Assembly (NCBI GenBank): GCA_002393975.1
Contig: DGSM01000125.1
Span: forward strand, 1-32,434
Source: Clostridiales bacterium UBA4362
GTDB lineage: Bacteria; Bacillota; Clostridia; TANB77; CAG-508
Reading direction: 5' to 3'
Length of the DNA stretch: 32,434 bases
Below the pieces are notes generated by a model, which did no database searches, had not been told where the DNA came from, and saw only the letters and a list, made by a program, of their open reading frames with translations. This document shows, one piece after another, positions 26,545 through 32,434 of the stretch. A program made the position numbers and the translations under genes. The stretch's first letter is position 1, and the number at the start of each line of letters is the position of its first letter.

Positions 26545-28044
26545 TTATTTATTGTTTATTTCATAAATGTCATAATTTTGTAATTTATCTATTGGTTCAT
26601 AGTTTTTATGAATAAAGTTTCTTACATTATTTGGAAACTGATACAATTCATATTCTGTCTCCTCATTTTGTACTAGTATTAAAGTATTATTCATTTGTAG
26701 GATTCTATTAATAAGTTCTTGTTCTCCGTTTGGCCCGAAATTACCATTATTCGGTAAATCAAAATACTTATAGTTATTGTTATAAGTATTATCATAAAGC
26801 ATTGCATAAGATGAGAAAACAATTATATCCTCATACTCATTTTGATGTTCTTTTATATAGCTATTTATTTCTTGTATTTCATTTTTTTCCTTATCACTTA
26901 TTGTGCTACCAAAGAACATTGTCTTTTGTTCTACATACATTGGATACTGAATTCGATTGTAAATATAATTAGTAAAACAAAATATAATAAAACTTACTAC
27001 TAGTATTAGCATAGTTATATTTTGCTTTAGAGTATTTAATTCTATTTCATCAAAAATTATATTTATAGAATAAGCAATAAATAAAGCTAAATATATAGTC
27101 CAAATAGCACCATGATACGCATTTATGATTGGATACAAATAAACTATTGTTGAAATATTAGTTGCAAATAGTAATAATAAACAATCATTATTCTTCTTAA
27201 ATTTTAACAAGCCCGCAAAAATCACTATTGAAAGAATGGTAAAAAACACAAGCTTAATCATTACAGCGATTACTACAGCAAAATTATCAGAAAAGCTCTT
27301 AACGCCCAGCACAGTCATATCTATAAAACTTTGAAAATTATTTGTTGATTGTAAATAAAAAGCATAAATAGCAAATACTAAAATCATAGATATAGCACTA
27401 ATAATTAGATTCACGATCCTTTGACTTAGTTTAGAGTCTGATTTATTCCACAATTCATATATAGTGATAATTAATATTGCTGCAACTCCAGCTTTTTGAT
27501 AAGTGAGAAAAGCCAAAGCAGCTAGAATGCCATTAAGTGTTCGTCTTATTTTTTTATCAGCAGAATAAAAAGTTGCGATTATAATTCCATTTATAAAACA
27601 AGCACTTAAGAGATTATAGTTGGGGCCATTTTCTCCAAAAGTTTTTCCAAAAAAAATCATAAATCCAAATAAAACAATATCACGTAATTTTATTGATTTT
27701 ATTATCTTCTTAAGTATAATAAAAATTTCAATATAGAATATTATTTGAATTATTACATTAAACCAATTATATACAAAATAATTAGCCCCAAATACATCAA
27801 AAAGAATTTTTCCAATGGCAAAGAAAATCGGAGTAATTATGATTGCCACTTCCTTATATATCTGATACCCCAGATGTAGTTTATATATATTGCCAAAATT
27901 CCACAAATAATCGTAAGGGTAAAATTTAAAATGAAAAGAAACACTAATATTAAATATAAGCGTTATTAATACTACTAATACAACTTCATGTCTATCGTAA
28001 AAATCAGATAGTTTTTGAAATATTGCCTGCATTTTCTTCTTCAT
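26545..28044 (-). CDS. Polytopic membrane protein, probable GT-C fold (ArnT/PMT-like) glycosyltransferase
   Basis: Many TM helices; Asp-containing first loop PYDYLWNF...GYQIYKE...ITP; soluble C-terminal domain. Confidence 0.55.
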   Translation of the reverse strand: MKKKMQAIFQKLSDFYDRHEVVLVVLITLIFNISVSFHFKFYPYDYLWNFGNIYKLHLGYQIYKEVAIIITPIFFAIGKILFDVFGANYFVYNWFNVIIQIIFYIEIFIILKKIIKSIKLRDIVLFGFMIFFGKTFGENGPNYNLLSACFINGIIIATFYSADKKIRRTLNGILAALAFLTYQKAGVAAILIITIYELWNKSDSKLSQRIVNLIISAISMILVFAIYAFYLQSTNNFQSFIDMTVLGVKSFSDNFAVVIAVMIKLVFFTILSIVIFAGLLKFKKNNDCLLLLFATNISTIVYLYPIINAYHGAIWTIYLALFIAYSINIIFDEIELNTLKQNITMLILVVSFIIFCFTNYIYNRIQYPMYVEQKTMFFGSTISDKEKNEIQEINSYIKEHQNEYEDIIVFSSYAMLYDNTYNNNYKYFDLPNNGNFGPNGEQELINRILQMNNTLILVQNEETEYELYQFPNNVRNFIHKNYEPIDKLQNYDIYEINNK

Positions 28045-28047
28045 ATA

Positions 28048-29307
28048 TTATTTTCCTTTTACTATGGATAAAGTATGTCTATTATGATTCAATAGTTTAG
28101 TTCTAATATTGTTAACATACTCTAAATCTATTTCTTCTAGTTTGTTTAAATATTCTATACTATTGTATCCTTTTACAGCGTCTTGTAAAAACATTCTCCC
28201 TATTTCATCAACACTATTATACTCTGATGTATAGTCTCCATATATCTTTTTCTTGCTTCTTTCAAACTCTTCTAAAGTAACTTCTTTGTTCTCAAAAGTG
28301 TTTAAAACAATTTCTTCAACTCTCTTAGGATTCTTACTTTCACCAGCAATTATTAAATGTGCAAAATTTCTGGAAAACTCATATTCCATTTCAAGTTCTG
28401 TCATTATTAGTCCTTCATTATACATATCTTGATATGTTTCTGAACATTTTCCAAGTAAAGAATTTACAGCTATTTCAACAGCAATTTGATCCTTTAGTTT
28501 ATCACCAGTGATTTCATCTTTAAATCCAATCATAAACATTGGCATATTAACATCCATACTTGTTTCAATTAAACTTTCATTAATTTCCCAAGGCTCTTCT
28601 GGATATATTCTCTTTATCTCTCCTAATGGTTCTCTAGGAAGTAATCTTTTTTGAACTTCATTAATAACTTCTTGTGGTTCAAAATCTCCAACTATAACCA
28701 TAACAGTATTAGAAGGATGATAAAAAGTATTATAACAAGAATATAATGTTTCTTTTGTTATATGGCTAATAGATTCAACAGTTCCAGCTGTATCAATATT
28801 TATAGTATTATTCTTATACATACCCTTCATGCAATTAATGTATAATTTTGAAAAAGGCTCATTATCATACATATTAATTTCTTGACCAATTATGCCTCTT
28901 TCTTTTTCTACATTTTCATCGGTATAGTAAGGATTTTGAACATAGTCCATTAGTTCATCTAATCCAGGATAGAAATTATCTACTCCTCCAAAAAGATAAG
29001 CTGTGTGGTCTGATGTTGTATAAGCATTAGCGTTTAGTCCTAATCCCATTAAAGTATATAGGCTATCTACTCCGCTTTTTTGTTCAAACATTTTATGTTC
29101 TAAGTAGTGTGCTATTCCATCTGGAACAACTACTTCTTCATTGGTTGTTGGATCTATAAAATGATTATCTATTGAGCCAAATTTTGTAGCCCAAATTATA
29201 TATTTATTTTGTGTTTCACGTTTTGGAACAACCATTATTTGCATTTTATTAGGAAGTTCTTCAACATAAACTTTCTCTCTTATTCTTTTATCTTCAAAAA
29301 CTTGCAT
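28048..29307 (-). CDS. ymfH: M16-family zinc peptidase, YmfH-like (catalytic subunit)
   Basis: FGSID, PDGIAHYLEHKMFE (HxxEH), NAYTT, VEKERGIIGQEI, FYHPSN. Confidence 0.9.
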   Translation of the reverse strand: MQVFEDKRIREKVYVEELPNKMQIMVVPKRETQNKYIIWATKFGSIDNHFIDPTTNEEVVVPDGIAHYLEHKMFEQKSGVDSLYTLMGLGLNANAYTTSDHTAYLFGGVDNFYPGLDELMDYVQNPYYTDENVEKERGIIGQEINMYDNEPFSKLYINCMKGMYKNNTINIDTAGTVESISHITKETLYSCYNTFYHPSNTVMVIVGDFEPQEVINEVQKRLLPREPLGEIKRIYPEEPWEINESLIETSMDVNMPMFMIGFKDEITGDKLKDQIAVEIAVNSLLGKCSETYQDMYNEGLIMTELEMEYEFSRNFAHLIIAGESKNPKRVEEIVLNTFENKEVTLEEFERSKKKIYGDYTSEYNSVDEIGRMFLQDAVKGYNSIEYLNKLEEIDLEYVNNIRTKLLNHNRHTLSIVKGK

Positions 29308-29319
29308 TTATCTTCTCCA

Positions 29320-30561
29320 TTAATCTCTCAAAAAATATATAGTATCTACTGAAACATCTTTTGCAACATCAACTATATCTTCAATTTTTACTTTTTGAAT
29401 ATTATCAATAAACTTTTCTAAATCTGGTTCTTCATCATTCATTTCTTTATCATAATAATAAGTTACTAAATTTTCTCCAGATTCAGGTATTAATTTTGAT
29501 GTTGAAGTAATCAATTGTCTTGCAGATTCAAGTTCTTGCTCTGTAATTTCTCCATTTTTGATATTTTCTAATTGTTCTTCAATTATTGCTAATGTTTTTT
29601 CATAATTGCTAATCTCAATTCCTGTTTTAATCATTATCATATTTTTTCTACGGAAATATTTAGATCCAGCACTATATGCTAGACTCGCTTTTTCTCTAAC
29701 ATTTTGGAATAGTTTCGAATTAGCTCCTGTTCCTAAAATAGCATTATACATGATGATTTCTTCATTGGTTTTATTAGAATTCACATCTAGTCCAATAATA
29801 AGGTTACCTTGAGAAACATCCATTTTTTCATTAACTACTTTAGGATTAGTTCTTGGAGTATGTCTCATATTTACTTTCTCAAAGCTGCTTTCAGGATTAA
29901 CTCCTAAACTTTCTAAAGACTTTCTAAAATCTCCTTCTAGAGAATCTTTATTCACATCTCCAACAACATAAACGCTTATTTTAGCAATAGAAATCAATTC
30001 CTTATAAAACTCATATAAATTCTTTTCATTAATAGATTTTAAATCCTCTATTTTTCCAAATTTATAAATACCATAGGCTTCGCCTTGATACATTTCTTCC
30101 ACCATACGGTTTGCCGCATAGTTCGCTTTATTATCTTTTCTGCTTTCTATTACTTTTATTAAATTGTCTTTTTCTTGATTCACATATTGTTTGCAAAATA
30201 TAGATTCTCCATTTGAATCTTTTTCAAGATATGGATTAAATATAATATCTACTAATAAATCTAATCCTTCTTTAGTTAAAGCTCTTTTTTCAGGAAGCAA
30301 GTCATCATTAATAACTTCCAAATAGAACTTTAATACTTCATAGTCAGCTTCTTTTTCTATTCCATAACTAATTGAAGCTCCATACATTTCCTCAAGTCTT
30401 TTATTTATCTCTAGTTGACTTGTAAGATTATTAGTTCCTCTTCTAAGTAAACTTGGAATAAGGGCTGTTTTTGTAACTCTATCTTCAGTTAATGGAACTG
30501 CTAGAAAAACACAGCATAGATTAGTTTTAAATTTATTAGAATTCAATACAGTAAATTTCAA
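29320..30561 (-). CDS. ymfF: M16-family peptidase-like protein, YmfF-like (non-catalytic partner)
   Basis: KFKTN, LEEMYGA, SKLFQNVREKASLAY; no HxxEH; paired with ymfH; TTG start with AGGAGG RBS. Confidence 0.85.
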   Translation of the reverse strand: MKFTVLNSNKFKTNLCCVFLAVPLTEDRVTKTALIPSLLRRGTNNLTSQLEINKRLEEMYGASISYGIEKEADYEVLKFYLEVINDDLLPEKRALTKEGLDLLVDIIFNPYLEKDSNGESIFCKQYVNQEKDNLIKVIESRKDNKANYAANRMVEEMYQGEAYGIYKFGKIEDLKSINEKNLYEFYKELISIAKISVYVVGDVNKDSLEGDFRKSLESLGVNPESSFEKVNMRHTPRTNPKVVNEKMDVSQGNLIIGLDVNSNKTNEEIIMYNAILGTGANSKLFQNVREKASLAYSAGSKYFRRKNMIMIKTGIEISNYEKTLAIIEEQLENIKNGEITEQELESARQLITSTSKLIPESGENLVTYYYDKEMNDEEPDLEKFIDNIQKVKIEDIVDVAKDVSVDTIYFLRD

Positions 30562-30601
30562 TAGTCTTTCCTCCTATGCATAATATAATAACATATTTTA
30601 G

Positions 30602-30643
30602 AAAAAAAAATAAATGGATTTTGATAAATCAAAACCCATTTAT
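30602..30643 (-). terminator. Intrinsic terminator after rpsU
   Basis: Minus strand AUAAAUGGGUUUUGAU / AUCAAAAUCCAUUUAU hairpin followed by a long U run. Confidence 0.8.
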
Positions 30644-30649
30644 ATTATA

Positions 30650-30820
30650 TTAAAACTTTCTTTTCCTAGCTGCCTCTGATTTCTTTTTTCTTTTAACGCT
30701 TGGTTTTTCATAGCATTCACGCTTACGTACTTCTTGAAGCACGCCATTTCTAGCGCATTGTCTCTTAAATCTCTTTAAGGCATCTTCTATATTACCATTA
30801 TTAACTTTAATTTCGCTCAC
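30650..30820 (-). CDS. rpsU: 30S ribosomal protein S21 (56 aa; below the ORF-track cutoff)
   Basis: GTG start after AAGGAGGGG; [56 protein letters not shown]. Confidence 0.97.
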   Translation of the reverse strand: MSEIKVNNGNIEDALKRFKRQCARNGVLQEVRKRECYEKPSVKRKKKSEAARKRKF

Positions 30821-30890
30821 TTCTATCCCCTCCTTCCAGTATCCACTACTTACGTATGGGATTCTTAAGTCTCCTTAAGTCTACCTATCT

Positions 30891-30919
30891 ATTATACAAG
30901 CTTTGTAGGTATGTGTCAA
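30891..30919 (-). promoter_or_regulatory. Consensus sigma-A promoter of rpsU
   Basis: TTGACA (30919-30914), 17 nt spacer, TATAAT (30896-30891). Confidence 0.9.
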
Positions 30920-30950
30920 TATATTTCTATGAAATTTAAGATACATTTTA

Positions 30951-31439
30951 CTATTTTTTACTAATAACTACATAATAATCATATCTGGGTTGGCTAGTAG
31001 GCACTGGTGTGCTTCTTTTATCCTCATTAATACTTATTGGAATTCTTTCACCATATTTTATGTCTTTAATTTCTTCTTTAGAGGTTTCTCCATTATCTTC
31101 AATTATTATTTTTGTTCTTGATATGGAAACACTAGAATCTTTTATATCGATTATTCTAATATCATTAGCTTCTTCTCCATACAATTCAATTTTATTATTA
31201 TCTTTTAATTTAATTTCACTATGTTTATTAGTATCAGCCTTAGTTTCTATTATAGTAGCTTCCTCATTATTTGAATTGTCAATTCTTTTTACTTGAACTA
31301 TAACTTCTTTATTAACTTCATTATTAGAATATCTATTTTTAAAAGTAAAAAATACCAATAATGCAATACAAACAACAATAATTATTGTAATGAGCATAAT
31401 TATAGCTTTGCTTTTCCCCGTTTCACTTTGAAAAAACAT
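30951..31439 (-). CDS. Hypothetical membrane-anchored protein
   Basis: N-terminal TM. ATG at 31439 lies 9 nt after AGGAGG and is preferred over the track's TTG at 31448. Confidence 0.7.
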   Translation of the reverse strand: MFFQSETGKSKAIIMLITIIIVVCIALLVFFTFKNRYSNNEVNKEVIVQVKRIDNSNNEEATIIETKADTNKHSEIKLKDNNKIELYGEEANDIRIIDIKDSSVSISRTKIIIEDNGETSKEEIKDIKYGERIPISINEDKRSTPVPTSQPRYDYYVVISKK

Positions 31440-31486
31440 AAATAACAACCTCCTATAAGTATATATATATATTAATAATAAAGCAC

Positions 31487-31515
31487 AAAAAAAGCAAGGT
31501 AACCCTTGCTTTTTT
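31487..31515 (-). terminator. Intrinsic (bidirectional-type) terminator after tuf
   Basis: AAAAAAGCAAGG-taac-CCTTGCTTTTTT. Confidence 0.9.
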
Positions 31516-31525
31516 ATAATTATTA

Positions 31526-32434
31526 TTACTCGATAACTTCTGTAACAACACCTGATCCAACTGTTCTACCACCTTCACGGATAGCGAATCTTAATCCCTT
31601 CTCAATAGCGATTGGAGTGATTAATTCAACAGTCATTTCTGTGTTATCTCCAGGCATAACCATTTTTGTTCCTTCTGGAAGATCGATTCTACCAGTAACA
31701 TCAGTTGTTCTGAAATAGAATTGTGGTCTGTATCCATCGAAGAATGCTGTATGACGTCCACCTTCCTCTGCTTTAAGAACATAAACTTGTCCTTTAAATT
31801 TAGTATGTGGATGAATTGTTCCTGGTTTTGCAAGAACTTGTCCTCTTTCAACATCTTTTCTATCAATACCTCTTAATAGAGCACCGATGTTATCACCAGC
31901 TTCTGCTTCATCAAGAGTTTTTCTGAACATCTCAAGTCCAGTAACAACAGTTTTTCTGCTTTCTTTTGATAGACCAACGATTTCAACTTCCTCGTTAACC
32001 TTTAGAACACCTCTTTCAACTCTACCTGTAACAACAGTACCACGACCAGAAATAGTCATTGTATCTTCGATAGGCATTAAGAATGGTTGATCAGTAGCTC
32101 TGTCTGGTGTTGGGATGTATGAATCAACTGCATCTAGTAATTCTTGGATTGGTTTGAAAGCATCATCATTTGGATCATCTGCTTCTAATGCTTTTAAAGC
32201 GCTTCCTTTGATGATTGGAATATCATCACCAGGGAAATCATAGCTTGATAATAAGTCTCTGATATCCATTTCTACTAATTCAAGTAATTCTGGATCATCA
32301 ACCATATCACATTTGTTCATGAAAACAACGATATATTGAACACCAACTTGACGAGCTAATAGTATATGCTCTCTTGTTTGAGGCATAGGACCATCAGCAG
32401 CTGATACAACTAGTATTGCTCCATCCATTTGTGC
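31526..32434 (-). CDS. tuf: Elongation factor Tu, 3' part (5' end beyond the right edge)
   Basis: [63 protein letters not shown]. Confidence 0.99.
   Translation of the reverse strand, partial: AQMDGAILVVSAADGPMPQTREHILLARQVGVQYIVVFMNKCDMVDDPELLELVEMDIRDLLSSYDFPGDDIPIIKGSALKALEADDPNDDAFKPIQELLDAVDSYIPTPDRATDQPFLMPIEDTMTISGRGTVVTGRVERGVLKVNEEVEIVGLSKESRKTVVTGLEMFRKTLDEAEAGDNIGALLRGIDRKDVERGQVLAKPGTIHPHTKFKGQVYVLKAEEGGRHTAFFDGYRPQFYFRTTDVTGRIDLPEGTKMVMPGDNTEMTVELITPIAIEKGLRFAIREGGRTVGSGVVTEVIE

Noticed and set aside
31517-31528. Stacked TAA stop codons after tuf and several other genes
   Set aside because: Expected in AT-rich genomes and after highly expressed genes; no further structure.
9869-31866. 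Alternative-frame minus-strand ORFs 9869..10198, 12964..13197, 24628..24858 and 31633..31866
   Set aside because: They are nested in longer genes, and their Gln/Leu-rich translations are typical frame-shift artefacts of biased codon use; no evidence for frameshifting.
1286-32090. All plus-strand ORFs in the track (e.g. 22898..23377, 26123..26503, 22340..22660, 31009..31296)
   Set aside because: They are short antisense shadows of well-supported minus-strand genes, with no recognisable motifs.
1-32434. CRISPR arrays, tRNA/rRNA genes, alternative genetic code
   Set aside because: No regularly spaced repeats or RNA-gene signatures were seen. TGA acts as a stop (16134, 21547) and long ORFs are intact under code 11.

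Overview
AT-rich, Firmicutes/Clostridia-like chromosomal window with every credible gene on the minus strand. In transcription order (right to left) it starts with housekeeping genes: the 3' part of tuf, an orphan membrane protein, rpsU (missed by the ORF track), the M16 peptidase pair ymfF/ymfH and a GT-C-like polytopic membrane protein. These run directly into a >26 kb type IV secretion (T4SS)-like locus that continues off the left edge. The locus opens at a perfect TTGACA-17-TATAAT promoter and encodes three VirB2/TrbC-like pilins, a PrgI/VirB3-like protein, a 401-aa VirB4-associated protein, a VirB4 ATPase, three VirB6/TrbL-like proteins with very different tails, a duplicated two-gene cassette, four related bitopic NTF2/VirB8-like proteins, and a tandemly duplicated giant cell-wall hydrolase (1578 aa; degenerate M23-like + NlpC/P60 + CHAP). 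No relaxase, coupling protein, integrase or att/tRNA boundary is visible in the window. The best candidate for an undescribed system is therefore a domesticated, paralog-expanded, probably non-conjugative T4SS whose layout recalls the Patescibacteria T4SS. All family assignments come from reading motifs by eye; no database searches were run.
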